From the NCBI RefSeq assembly GCF_009914755.1, contig NC_060935.1: 64,000 nt of DNA. One strand, given 5' to 3'. The position numbers and the translations under genes were made by a program. Shown here one piece after another: positions 36,231-54,079 of the stretch. The notes under the pieces were generated by a model. It did not search any database and was not told the DNA's origin. It saw only the letters and a program-made list of their open reading frames with translations. The DNA comes from the human T2T-CHM13v2.0 reference genome, Homo sapiens. Positions within the stretch are counted from its first letter, which is position 1. Each line of letters starts with the position of its first letter.

Positions 36231-36850
36231 GATCCTGAATGATATAAATACCAATATTGTCAAATTGCCATTTATCCATTAATTGCTTATATTAGCCACC
36301 TGCTGAAGCCTGAAACAAAATTAATTATTCCAGTCCCTTCTACTTGGTTGTTCCCTAACTAGTAACTGGATACTCTTTCAAGTCAAAAGAATATGTTAAG
36401 TGGTTTTTCCAACAGACCACCCTTAAATAGCTAATACTTATTTGGTCTAACTCTCCCATGAGATTAGGTTAGAAATGCAATTCAAACTAAATTTGCCTTT
36501 GTGTAAAGACAAGTATTTCACACAGGAATTAAATCTGTGACTTTTCTCCCAAACTAGAGAAGCCTATAAGCTACTGCTTCTCAAACAAGAGGCTTAATTT
36601 GAAGAAAGCAATTGAGCAGTTAGAATTTTAGATAATTTCTCAGTATCAAGTCAGCCTTAATTATTTCAGACTTAAATATGATCTTTTCACCTAACCAAGT
36701 AAACAATTTAGGTTTGGAAACAGTAAAGATTATTTTTACTACTTGTTAACAGAAAGCAGTTTAATAAATGGCATTAAAAAAAAATGGGGCCCGGTGCGGT
36801 GGCTCATGCCTGTAATCCCAGCACTTTGGGAGGCCGAGGCAGGTGTATCA

Positions 36851-37579
<729 letters not shown>

Positions 37580-37606
37580 TCAAGTTGCATCAAGTAATAT
37601 ACATAC

Positions 37607-37731
37607 TTTCAAATCCTGTTCTTCTTCTACTTTTGGTGTTGTCTGTACTTTTATTTTCTCTGGAGATTCTTCTACTTCCATCTCTTTATCTGAATTCTCA
37701 TCTATTTTTTCTGAATTTTCAGCACCAATTG
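37607..37731 (-). CDS. FNBP4: FNBP4 exon 9 (AIGAENSEKIDENSDKEMEVEES...EQDLK)
   Basis: Acceptor tttacag|CA, donor AAA|gtatgt; 125 nt. Confidence 0.95.
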
Positions 37732-38031
37732 CTGTAAAAAAAACATGTAAAATTAAACCAAAGTACCAATACTTATAGAACACTATATACCTTTTCCCCC
37801 ATAGCAGATATCTGCAAAAGATTATTAGTTCTTTCTCTCTTGCCTGTTTTACTTACTTGTTAAAACTCTTCAAACATGTCAGCCTACTGTCTATATAACC
37901 CAAAAACAATTCAGGGCCGGGCACAGTGGCTCATGCCTGTAATCCCACCACTTTGGCATTTGGAGGTGAAAAGATCACGAGGTCAGGAGATCGAGACCAT
38001 CTTGGCTAACACAGTAGAACCGTCTCTACTA

Positions 38032-38259
<228 letters not shown>

Positions 38260-38433
38260 CTATCAAATTACCCTGAAGTTTCTGCTTTCCCCTTCTCCTT
38301 AACATCTTTTCTAATCTTCTCTTCCAGAATACCACTGCTTCAATTACTTATAATAGCTAGACAGCAAACCTGAGTATGTAAGAATTCTTTAACAAGTTGC
38401 AGGGGAAGGTGCTCAAAAGAGCAACATTATTAG

Positions 38434-38915
<482 letters not shown>

Positions 38916-39449
38916 TAGTAGAGATGGGGTTTCACCATGTTAATCAGGCTAGTCTCGAACTCCTGACTGGTGATCCGCCTGGCTAGGCCTCTCAAAGTGC
39001 TGGCATTACAGGCGTTAGCCACCACGCCTGGCATGCATCATTATTTTCAAACCATCTGGTAACTTCCTTCCTGAACTGGTGAAGACCTACAGACATCTAT
39101 ATTGAATCCACCTACTTAGTTGGTGCTATTGGTAATGGGAATCTCCAAAAGAGAAGAGGTCTACCAACTTAAAACGGAGCACACAATATGAACTCTTTTA
39201 TCTTTGCTTTCCAACACCTGCATACTCAAACTAATTCACACAGTCTGAATGACTGCCAGTTAAAAAGCCAAAAATGGCCAGGCATGGTGCCTCACGCCTG
39301 TAATCCCAGCACTTTGGGAGGCCGAGGAAGGTGGATCACCTGAGGTCAGTTCAAGACCAGCCTGGCCAACACGGTGAAACCCTGCCTCTACTAAAAATAC
39401 AAAAAATTAGCTGGGTGTGGTGCTGGGCGCCTGTAATCCCAGCTACTCA

Positions 39450-39593
<144 letters not shown>

Positions 39594-39681
39594 TCAAATG
39601 TGAAAACCGTGACTTTGGGTAATCCTTCATCTTCAGGATTAAAAGTAAAAATGTAACTTTAAATAGCTTTTAATATTTTAA

Positions 39682-39912
<231 letters not shown>

Positions 39913-40744
39913 TGATTTGTCCACCTCAGCCTCCCAAACTGCTGGGATTACAGATGTGAGGCACGGCGCCTGGCTTTTTTTTTTTGAGGCACGGTCTTAC
40001 TCTGTTGCCCAGGTGGGAGTATAGTGGTATGATCACAGCTTATTGCAGTCTTGACCTCCTCCAGCCTCATTTTTTGTTTTTTAGTAGAGACAAAGTCTCA
40101 CTATGTTGCCCAGTTTGGTCTCGAACTCCTGAACTCAAGTAATCCCCATGCCTCAGCCTCCCAGAATGCTGGGATTAAAGCTGAGCCATTGCATCCGGCC
40201 TAAAACTTTTTATTAAGTCCTTAACCTTATAATATAATAGCCTGGCTCTCCTTTTACCTGATCGTTAATATTCCCTCTTTATTATCAAATTGTCTGAAAC
40301 AAAATCTTCCCACTAATCCCATTTATTAATTTTTAATGCCATTATATATTAAAAGTCTTCTATCTGGTGGCAGGTCCAAGAATTTAACAATTTTAAGGAT
40401 GGCTAGAGTTAAAGACTAGAATGTTTTGGAGGGCAAGTACACAGGCTCTATTAAATTAGAATGCACACACCCCTTTGACCTGGCAATATACCACTAGGAA
40501 TCTTTACTGCTGTGAAACTAGAATGTACATAAAATATATTCATCAGGATGTTACCACAGTATTATTTATTGTGAAACAGGTTAACAAATGCATATAATAT
40601 AAAGAATAAAATTAGCTCAGTGAGGTGGCACAAGCCTATAATTCCAGCACTTTGGGGGAGCGAGGCAGGAGCATCAATTGAGCCCATGAATTCAAAGCTG
40701 CATTATGATTATGTCAACTATATTCGGCCTGGATGACAGAGTAA

Positions 40745-40999
<255 letters not shown>

Positions 41000-41100
41000 T
41001 GATCCGTCCGTCTCGGTCTCCCAAAGTGCTTGGATTATAGGCGTGAGCCAGGCCAACATCCTCTCTCTTAAAAGAAACAAAAATTCAAGTAAATTGGTCA

Positions 41101-41418
<318 letters not shown>

Positions 41419-41873
41419 TTAACATGTTAATATTGAGTCTTCCCAGGTTTCTCTGCCATCACAGCCACACCAGATATGACCTCTACCCTCATGGTGCCAG
41501 TCATTATGTTCCTTTAGCTTCCTCATGGACAGATCTTTAAGCACAACATACATATGTATTTGTTTTTTTTTTCCCCGAGACAGTCTCACTCTGTCGCTTA
41601 GGCTGAAGTGCAGTGGCACAAACTCGGCTCACTCCAACTTCCGCCTCCTGGGTTCAGGTGATTTCCTGCCTCAGTCTCCCAAGTAGCTGGGATTACAGGC
41701 GAGCACCACCAGGTGCAGATAATTTTGTATTTTTAGTAGAGACGGGGTTTCACCATGTTGGCCAAGATGGTCTCGATCTCCTGACCTCGTGATCCACCTG
41801 CCACGGCCTCCCAAAGTGCTGGGATTACAGGCATGAGCCACTGCACCCAGCCACATTTTTTTTGTGTGTGTGA

Positions 41874-42186
<313 letters not shown>

Positions 42187-43747
42187 TAGTGGTGTAATCA
42201 TAGCTCACTGCAGCCTCGAACTCCTGGGCTCAAGCTATCTTCCTCCCTCAACATCCTGAGTAGCTGGGATTATATCCGTGTGCCACCACACTGGCTAATT
42301 TTTAAAAAACATTTTAGAGACAGTGTCTTGCTATATTGTCCAGGCTGGTCTTGACTCCTGGCCTCAAATGATCTTTCCGCTTTGCCCTCCGAAAGTAAAT
42401 ATTATTGTTTCTATGATTAAGCCACATTGATGCACATAACTATGGTATGTTCACTTTGTCACTGCTGCTTAGTATTCCTTTCTAAGAATATACCACAGGG
42501 CTGGTCGCAGTGGCTCACGCCTGTAATCCCAGCACTTTGGGAGGCTGAGGCGGGTGGATCACAAGGTCAGGAGTTCAAGAACAGCCTGGCCAAGATGGTG
42601 AAACCCCATCTCTACTAAAAATACAAAAATTAGTCAGGCGCAGTGGCAGGCGCCTGTAATCCCAGCTACTCGGGCGGCTGAGGCCGGGGAATCGCTTGAA
42701 CTCGGAGGGTGGAGGTTGCAGTGAGCTAAGATCATCCACTGCACTCCAGCCTGGGCGACAGAGTAAGACTCCGTCTCAAAAAAAAAAATAAAAAAATAAA
42801 GAATGCACCACAATTTATCTATGATACCTCTAATGGACATTTGAGTGCTCTATAGGGTTTTTTTTCATAGCACAAATGCAGCAATTTTTTTTAGTGAAAC
42901 ATGGACACAATTTAAATGTCCATCAACAGTGGGCAGAGTTAAATACGCACATCTACACCACTCAGTTTTAACCAATGAACAATAATTTTTAAGGCACGTT
43001 GTTAAGTGAAAACTGTATGTTGCCTAATAATCTATATGCTCTCATATATGGTAAAATTTACATATATACACATAAACACACTCATACATACCTAACTGTA
43101 AACGTATATAAAGAACATGGTCTGGAAGGATATATGTTTATAAAGGACAGAGAAAATAGCTGGGCACAGCTGGGATTACATGCCTGTACTCCCACTGCTT
43201 TGGGAGGCCAAGGTGGGCAGATCACCTAAGATCAGATGTTTGAGACCAGCCTGGCCAACATGGTGAAATCCCATTTCCACTAACAACACAAAAACTAGCT
43301 GGGCATGGTAGCAGGCGCCTGTAATCCCAGCTACTCAGGAGGCTGAGGCAGAGAATTGCTTGACCCCGGGAGGTGGAGGTTCCAGTGAGCAGAGATCGTA
43401 CCACTGCACTCCAGGCTGGGGGACAGAGCAAGACTCCGTCTCAAAAAAAAAAAAAAAAAAAAAAAAAAAGGACCACGGGGTAGGGAATGAGAATAATGAA
43501 AAGATAAAGAGGATTTACAGAATTTTCCTTTATGTTATTTCGAACTGCCAACTGAAAAGAAAAAATTCAGGCTAGGGGTGCTGGCTCATGCCTGTAATCC
43601 CAGCACCTTGCAAGGCTAAGGTGGGCAGGTCACCTGAGGTCAGGAGTTCGAGACCAGCCTTGCCAACATGGTGAAACCCCATCTCTACTGAAAAATACAA
43701 AAAATTAGCTGGGCGTGGTGACGGGCGCCTGTAATCCCAGCTACTCA

Positions 43748-43852
<105 letters not shown>

Positions 43853-44251
43853 TCAAAAAATATAAATAAAAAGAAAAGAAAAAATTCAAACAAGGATGTC
43901 TTTCTTTATTTAACACCTGTATTGTTGTTTTTTTTTTGTTTGGTTCTTTGTTTCTTTTTTTTCTTTTATCAAGAAACAAGGGTCTTGCTATGTTGCCCAG
44001 CTAGCCTGGAACTCCTAGGGTCCAGGGATCCTTCTGCCTCAGTTTCCTGTGAAGCAGCACTGGGCTGTTTTTGAACCACGATCCATAAAAGTATTTTCTT
44101 CTAGGTGTACTCAACTAAGGTTTGGCGTCCTTATCTTACTGCTGACTTTCCACTACAGAATTAGGGCCACAGCTGAAAGCGGTGGCTCACGCCTGTAATC
44201 CCAGCACTTTGGGAGGCGGGCGGATCAACTGAGATCAGGAGTTCGAGATCA

Positions 44252-44488
<237 letters not shown>

Positions 44489-44916
44489 TTAAAATATTAG
44501 CTTCATCCAGGGATCTCTGAAAATAGATTAAAAAATGCAGCAGGAGCTCTTCGACCTTACCATGAATGAATGATAAGGTCCTTATTACCTGAATGAAGAC
44601 AACTTGGGTCCTCATGACACAATCAAACTCTCTACCCACCCACACAGAGGCTGGGCAACGTAGACAGAGAGAAGAAATGGGACTGGACTCTGAATACACC
44701 ACCATCCAGTGGGTGTCAGCCTCTCAGGCTCTTACTCCTCTACTAGAAAAAGATCTGGAAAAGGTAGAGAGGTGGATGGAAGCTTCCTTCCCAGCACTTC
44801 TCCCAAAGAGTAAAAGTACAATCTCCTGTTTTGTTGAAGAGGAAACAAAAAAAGACAAGAGTTTCCTTCCCCTCTATATCTTTCAACTCTGAAGTTTAAT
44901 GTGAAGCACAAATTAC

Positions 44917-45127
44917 CAGTTTCTCCATTTTCTGGAGTATCTCGTCCAGTTTTACTAGAACTCCTACTGGTAGATTCTGGACTGGTAGCTCGAACAAACA
45001 TCTTCCATTTTCCTCTTTTAGACATAAGCCTACGCATTCCATCTTGAGATGCTGGCTGGCTGATATCAGAACGTGGACTAGACCCTGACACACTACCATC
45101 TCCTTCCTCCAAGGCTCGCAACTCTGC
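44917..45127 (-). CDS. FNBP4: FNBP4 exon 8 (AELRALEEGDGSVSGSSPRS...TPENGET)
   Basis: Acceptor ttgtag|GCA, donor G|gtaatt; 211 nt; overlaps ORF 44732-45121. Confidence 0.95.
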
Positions 45128-45539
45128 CTACAAAGAACATGACAATTAAGTTAGTGTCATTAACTGCTTATTAATATGTATAATCAGAATAATAAACAAG
45201 ACTATGTTGTTGAAATTTAAATTCTTTGAGAACAGAAAGCACTTTTTTTTTTTTGGAGACAGGCTCTCCCTCTGTTGCCCAGGTTGGAGTGCAGTGGCAT
45301 GATCATGGCTCGCTGTAGCTACAACCTTCTGAGCTCAAGCAATCCTCCCACCTCACCCTTCCAAGTAGCTGGAACTACAGGCACATGTCATCATACTTTT
45401 TTTTTCTAGTAAGAGATGATATCTGGGTATGTTGCTCACATTGGTCTCAACTTCTGGGCTCAAGTGATCTCCTGCTCAGCCTCCCAAAGTCCTGGGATTA
45501 CAGGCATGAGCCACTGCACTCGGCCTACTCACTCTATTT

Positions 45540-45820
45540 TTATTTTTTAATTTTGCCCATTTTTTTGTGGGTACATAGTAAGTGTATATATTTATGGGAT
45601 ACATGAGATGTTTTGACACAGGTATGCAATGTGAAATAAGCACATCATGGAGAATGGGATAACCATCCCCTCAAGCATTTATCCTTTGAGTTACAAATAA
45701 TCCAACTTCATTCTTTAAAGTTATTTTATAATATACAGTTATTATTGACTAGTCACCCTACTGTGCTATCAAATAGTAGGTCTTATTCATTCTTTCTGGT
45801 TTTTTTCTGGTACCCATTTG
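45540..45820 (-). mobile_element. L1MA-type 3' end fragment
   Basis: ttgtgggtacatagtaagtgtatatatttatgggatacatgagatgttttg... is typical L1MA 3'UTR. Confidence 0.75.
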
Positions 45821-45866
45821 TATAAGTCTGAGTAATGTCAAGTCTCTTTATTGATTATCAACTACC

Positions 45867-46824
45867 TGTTGTGGGAAGTCAGGGATCCTGAATGGAAGGA
45901 CCAGCTGAAGCCATGGCAGAGGAACATAAATTGTGAAGATTTCATTTTAATATGGACATTTATCAATTCCCAAATAACACTTTTACAATTTCTTATGCCT
46001 TTCTTACTTTAATCTCTTAATCCTGTTATCTTAGTAAGCTGAGGATGTACATCACCTCAGGACCACTGTGATAATTGTGTTAACTGTACAAATTGATTGT
46101 AAAACGTGTTTGAACAGTATGAAATCAGTGCACCTTGAAAAAGAACAGAGTAACAGTGATTTTTAGGGAACAAGGGAAGAAAACCATAAGGTCTCACTGC
46201 CTGCAGGGTCAGGCAAAAAGAGCCATATTTTTCTTCTTGCATAGAGCCCATAAATGGACATGCAAGTAGGGAAGATATCGCTAAATTCTTTTCCTAGCAA
46301 GGAATATTAATATTAATATCCTGGGGAAGGAATGCATTCCTGGGGGTAGGTCTATAAACTGCCGCTCTGGGAATGTCTGTCCTATGCGGTTGAGATAAGG
46401 ACTGAGATACGCCCTGGTCTCCTGAAGTACCCTCAGGCTTATTAGGGTGGGGAAAAACCCGGCCCTGGTAAGTCTGTGGTCAGACTGATTCTCTGCTCTT
46501 GAACCCTGTTTTCTGTTGTTTAAGATGTTTATCAAGACAACATGTGCACCGCTGAACATAGACCCTTATCAGTACCTTTTTGCCCTTTGAAGCACATGAT
46601 CTACTCCCTGTTCTTACACCTCCTCCCCTTTTGAAACCCTTAATAAAAAACTTGCTGGTTTGAGGCTCGGGTGGGCATCATAGTCCTACCGATATGTGAT
46701 GTCACCCCCGGCGGCCCAGCTGTAAAATTCCTCTCATTATACTCTTTCTATTTCTCAGCTGGCCGACACTTATGGAAAATAGAAAGAACCTAGGTTGAAA
46801 TATTGGGGGTGAGTTCCCCCGATA
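45867..46824 (+). mobile_element. MER11-family solo LTR (ERVK/HML-8), 958 bp
   Basis: Begins TGTTGTGGGAAGTCAGGGA and ends TTCCCCCGATA; perfect 6-bp TSD ACTACC (45861-45866, 46825-46830); TATAAA near 46353 and AATAAA 46642-46647. Confidence 0.9.
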
Positions 46825-47019
46825 ACTACCAAAAGTATCATCAAGGACCAAAAAACCTACACCTCTGTAGTTTAAAGTTTTTGCTGCATAAGCTTCAACA
46901 TACCTAGATGATGGGATAAGAAAAACAAAATCCCAATAATGGTTGTAAGTCAAGCACAATGATCCCTGTAGAGTAGTACTGAGGAAAAAACATTCTACAA
47001 GTAACTTTCAAAAGCTTAC

Positions 47020-47358
47020 TTTTTTCCTTTCCAAAACTAGCTCCAGTTCAAGGGTATCTTGTTCCTCTTCCTCCTCACTTTCTCCAGATTGGACAACACT
47101 GCAAAGATCCTCCTGAGAAGGGTCTTCTATATTGTCCAACATAATTTCCTGTGGCTTTACTATTGTTGTTGCTTCTTCTACTGTTGTACTTGTTTCTTTT
47201 ACTTCTGAAACTGGCTCCTCTTTACAAATTACTTTTCTTCTCCATCTCTCTTCTTCTTCTTTTATTCCCTCAGGCAATAAAGGAGCAAGCAGCGATGCTG
47301 CCACCCCTTTCTTCTCCTCCTCACTATTTGAGAGAGCCTGAATTCCTTCATTTACTTC
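47020..47358 (-). CDS. FNBP4: FNBP4 exon 7, acidic region (EVNEGIQALSNSEEEKK...LELVLERKK)
   Basis: Acceptor ttatag|GAA, donor AAA|gtaagc; 339 nt; overlaps ORF 47008-47304. Confidence 0.95.
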
Positions 47359-47463
47359 CTATAAAGAACAAAATAATTTAGTCTCATTTAATTCTGAAAC
47401 AAATCTCACCTGCACATACATTCAATTGCACACACATTCATATTAACTGTTTTCAGTAGCTGA

Positions 47464-47755
<292 letters not shown>

Positions 47756-48650
47756 TGAGCCACCGTGCCCGGCCAAAACCACTTACTCCCAACAGGTGAG
47801 TATATATTTATACCATTACATTATTACTTTAGACAGACACTGACTGAATGAGAGCCTAGTTCTAGGTAGGATTCAAATATATCCTCCCTGCTATTCTCAG
47901 GATGTCAAAAGGCAGACTAGTAGTAAACAGAGATAGATTTAAGATCAGTATTTTGTCAGCTCATAACATGACTGGATAAATCTTTACCTTCTTCTGTATG
48001 ATGAGAAATTTTTTTTTTTGAGAGAGTCTCACTCTGTTGCCCAGGAGTGCAATTGCGTGATCTCAAGTCACTGCAACCTCTGCCTCCCAGGTTCCAGCGA
48101 TTCCCAGCCTCACAGCCTTAGCCTCCCAAGTAGCTGGGATTACAGGGATGCACCACTACACCCAGCTCATTTTTGTTTCTGTTTTTGAGACGAACTCTCG
48201 CTCTTCTTGCCCAGGCTGGAGTGCAAAGTGTGATGTCGGCTCACTGCAACGTCTGCCTCCCGGGTTCAAGCAATTTCCCTGCCTCAGCCTCCTGAGCAGC
48301 TGGGATTATAGGCGAGAGCCACCAAGCCTGGCTAATTTTTTTTGTACTTTTAGTAGACACAGGGTTTCACCACGTTGGCCAGGCTGGTCTCGAACTCCTG
48401 ACCTCAGGTGATCCGCCCACCTTGGCAACAGGCCCAATTTTTGTATTTTTAGTAGAGACAGGGTTTTACCAGGTTGGCCAAGTTGATCTTGAACTCCTGA
48501 CCTCAGGTGATCTGCCCACCTCAGCCTCCGAAAGTGCTGGGATTACAGGCGTGAGCCACCATGCTGGGCCTGATAAGAAAATTTAGTAAGTATGCCATGA
48601 AGGTGATTTAGACTAAAGTGAACTATTCCTAGGCCGGGCGCAGTGGCTCA

Positions 48651-48992
<342 letters not shown>

Positions 48993-49043
48993 TCAGGAGT
49001 TCGAGATCAGCCTGGCCAATATGGTGAAACCCCGTCTCTACTA

Positions 49044-49324
<281 letters not shown>

Positions 49325-49596
49325 CTATCCTCCTTTCTGTAACTGTAAATTTAAGTTATTATTATTATTTCTGGATGGTCTCACTCTGTCCAGGCTGGAA
49401 CACACTGGCACAATGATAATTTTGAACTCCTGGGCTCAAGCTATCCTCTTGCCTCTGCCTCCTGAGTAGCTGGGACTACAGGTGTGTGCTACCTTGCCTG
49501 GGTAATTTTTCTTTTGTAGAGATGGGGTTGATCTTGTTATGTTTTCCAGGCTGGTTTAGAACTCCTGCACTCAAGCCATCTTCCTGCCCTGATTAA

Positions 49597-49782
<186 letters not shown>

Positions 49783-49797
49783 TAGTATTTTTAATAG

Positions 49798-49965
<168 letters not shown>

Positions 49966-50058
49966 TAATGTAAGCAATTTGGGAGGCCGAGGCAGAAGCA
50001 TCACTTGAGCTCAGAGTTTGAGACCTGTCTGGCAAACATGGTGAGACCACGTCTCTCA

Positions 50059-50397
<339 letters not shown>

Positions 50398-50682
50398 TCA
50401 GGCGTTGTGCCTGTAATCCAAGCTACTCGGGAAGTTGAGGCAGAATTGCTTGAAACTGGGAGGCGGAGGATGCAATGAGCTGAAATCGCGCCACTCCCTT
50501 CCAGCCTGGGTAACCAAGCAAGACTCTGTCTCAAAAAGAAAAAAATTAAAATTAAAATATATTTTGATGCAAAAAAGTCTTTAAAATTGAAGATAAATTG
50601 GAATTCAATATACACTCCCTAAGGAATACAACTTACTTTTCTTACTAATTAGGCTATAGAAATGCTCAGGTTTCACTAACAT

Positions 50683-50894
50683 AGTATCCGTTATTGAAAA
50701 ATCCAAAATCTGAAACCGTTTGAGCACTGACATGATGATCAAAGGAAATGCTCACTGGAGCATCTCAGATTTCACATTTTCAGATTAAGAATACTCAACT
50801 GCTAAGTATAACGCAAATATTTCAGAATTCAAAAAAATTCAAAATCTAAATTATCTCCGATCCCAGGCATTTCAATTAAGAAATACTCAACCTG
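50683..50894. mobile_element. Tigger4/MER46 (Zombi) MITE
   Basis: agtatcc...ttgagcactgacatgatgatcaaaggaaatgctcactggagcat...atactcaacctg. Confidence 0.7.
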
Positions 50895-51357
50895 CAGTAG
50901 TTTTTAAAGTAGTTACCTTTATATTTTTAAAATGTCTTATATATGGAATCCGAAAAATAATAGAATGATTCTATGTGAAGTGGAGCCCTGTCTGGACTGC
51001 TGCTCCCACGTCCTTTGCAATGATCCAAGAGGCCTCTGTGATACCCTAAAGCTCTCAAAGAAAAAGTGAAGTGGGCCAGCTGCAGTGGCTCATGCCTGTA
51101 ATCTCAGCACGTTGGGAGGCTGAGGCAGGTAGATCACCTGAGGTCAGGAGTTTGAGACCAGCCTGACCAACATGGTGAAACCCTGCCTCTAATAAAAATA
51201 CAAAAATTAGCCAGGCATGGTGGCAGGTGCCTGTAATGCCAGCTACTCAGAAGGCTGAGGCAGGAGAATCACTTCTTGAGCCTGGGAGGCAGAGGTTGCA
51301 GTGAGCTGAGACAGCACCACTGCGCTCCAGCCTGGGCAACAGAGCGAGACTCCATAT

Positions 51358-51391
<34 letters not shown>

Positions 51392-51893
51392 CAGATGTGG
51401 TGGCTCACGCTTGTAATCCCAGCACTCTGGGAGGCCAAGGCAGGCGGATCATGAGGTCAGGAGATCGAGACCATCCTGGCTAACACAGTGAAACACCGTC
51501 TCCACTAAAAATACAAAAAATAAGCCAGGTGTGGTAGCGGGTGCTTGTAATCCCAGCGACTCAGGAGGCTGAGGCAGGAGAATGGTGTGAACCCGGGAGG
51601 TGGAGCTTGCAGTCAGCTGAGATCGCACCACTGTACGCCAGCCTGGGTGACGGGGCGAGACTCTGTCTCAAAAAAAAAAAAAAAAAAAAAAAAAAGAAAA
51701 AAGAAAAAAGAAAAAGTCAAGTGAGTAACCGCTATAAAGGCTACATAATACACAGAAACAAAGTGAAAGTTATGAAACTTATCCTATTTCACATGTATGA
51801 CATAAAATATTAAGAGAAGGCTTCCATTCCTGTGCTCAGAGTAACGCTTATTAGATCTGAAAATAAACAAATGAGGTAAGTTTCGACACTGAC

Positions 51894-52014
51894 CTTTTTA
51901 ACTTCTCGCTTGGCTATGACTGGTCCACTTTTACTACTGGAAACAGAAATCGTTTTCTCCTTAGAATATATGTCTGTATTTACCACAAAACTAGTTTCAG
52001 CACCTGGCACAGAA
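51894..52014 (-). CDS. FNBP4: FNBP4 exon 6 (SVPGAETSFVVNTDIYSKEK...KREVKK)
   Basis: Acceptor ttttag|T, donor AAG|gtcagt; 121 nt; follows a 106-nt intron. Confidence 0.94.
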
Positions 52015-52120
52015 CTAAAAAAATATATACTTAGCAAGAGAAATATAAGACAAATACTATCAGCAAAAGATAAGGCTTCAATTTCCTTCTAGGCAATTTC
52101 ACTTTTAAATTTATTCTTAC

Positions 52121-52268
52121 CTGGGCTGGTAATGCTGTAATCCCTGTACCTGTGTGGCAAGATATTGGGGTAACTCCCAAGTCACTTCATTTGTTTGTGT
52201 ATTCCAATAATAATAACATCCCGTGTTCTCATCCCAGACTTCCTGCCAATCGCCCATCTCAATTCCGA
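52121..52268 (-). CDS. FNBP4: FNBP4 exon 5, first WW domain (GDWQEVWDENTGCYYYWNTQTNEVTWELP)
   Basis: Acceptor ttctag|TC, donor AG|gtaag; 148 nt; W..YYYW...TW..P WW signature. Confidence 0.96.
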
Positions 52269-52347
52269 CTAGAAGATAAAACAAATTTTAAGCACAAATC
52301 CCTCTACAATTCTGGCTTACATATAAGCTCAAAAGCCAAAATCACCT

Positions 52348-52570
52348 AACAGTTTCTCAAAACAGCACTGTTAACTTTTGGGCACACAGGTCTTTGTTGT
52401 GGAGGGGCAATCCTATGTGGAGGTTTTAGCAGCACCCCTGGCCTCTGCCCACTAGATACAGTAGCACTCCCATCCACCCTGCCTCCTACATTGTGACAAT
52501 AAAAAATATTTGACAGACATTGTCAAATATCCCCTAGGGGCACCCCCCAACACTGGTTGAGAACCACTGG
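52348..52570. mobile_element. MER20 hAT DNA transposon
   Basis: gtttctcaa..gcact...ttagcagcacccctggcctctgcccactagat...gacattgtcaaatatccccta...ggttgagaaccactg. Confidence 0.75.
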
Positions 52571-52667
52571 CCTAACACCAAGAATTATTTTCTCAATATC
52601 TAACATTTAGAGTCACCTTTGAACACATTTTTAAAAAAAAAACAGTTTGGCTGGCTACAGTGGCTCA

Positions 52668-52930
<263 letters not shown>

Positions 52931-53625
52931 TTAGTAAATAGAAGAAAGCAGTTTGCTGGTCCAAAAATGTACCTAAAATACTTTGAATATCATGGCTTTT
53001 CTTATTCAACTGGCAAGGACAAGCAATTACTTTTTAAAAGATAAAAATTACATCCTACTAGTTTTCTGAGCCGACTATCCTACCTACCATCTTCAACATG
53101 CTTTATTTAAAAAGACAGAGGTTGGGCGCGGTGGCTCAAACCTGTAATCACAGCACCTTGGGAGGCCGAGGCAGGTGGATCCCCCGAGGTCAGGAGTTCG
53201 AGACCAGCTTTGCCAACATCGTGAAACCCCATCTCTACTAAAAATACAAAAAATTTGCTGGGCGTGGTGGTGGGTGCCTGTAATCCCAGCTGCTCAGGAG
53301 ACTGAGGCAGAAGAATTGGTTGAACCTGGGAGGCGGAGGTTGCAGTGAGCCGAGATCGCATCACTGCACTCCAGCCTGGGCAACAAGGGTGAAACTCAGT
53401 CTCAAAAAAAAAAAAAACAATTAAATAAATAAAAATAAAAAGACAGAATCCTAAAGTCTAAGGTTAAAGTCTCTGGGCTTTCATCTTTAGAAAACTGAAT
53501 GCCAGCCGGGAGCGATGGCTCACACCTGTAATCCTAGCACTGTGGGAGGCCAAGGCAGGCTGATTTCCTAAGCTCAGGAGTTCGAGACCAGCCTTGGGCA
53601 ACACAGTGAAACCACGTCTCTACTA

Positions 53626-53874
<249 letters not shown>

Positions 53875-53892
53875 TCAAAGGATCAAGTTTAC

Positions 53893-54079
53893 CTCCTGCC
53901 AGTGAACACTGAGTATCATATTGCCAACCAGATGTTTGGGTGGAGTCTGTTCCATTTGAAGTAGAAGAAGAAAGGGTAGATGTTGCTGCTTCCTTTGGCT
54001 CTGGTCGAGGTGGAGTTGGAGGTGGAGCAGAAGCTCCTACAGGAGCTGCAGGCTGAGGAGCTGTTATGGCATCGATCTC
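53893..54079 (-). CDS. FNBP4: FNBP4 exon 4 (EIDAITAPQPAAPVGASAPPPTPPRPEPK...QCSLAG)
   Basis: Acceptor ctgaag|GAG, donor G|gtaaac; 187 nt; open frame. Confidence 0.93.
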
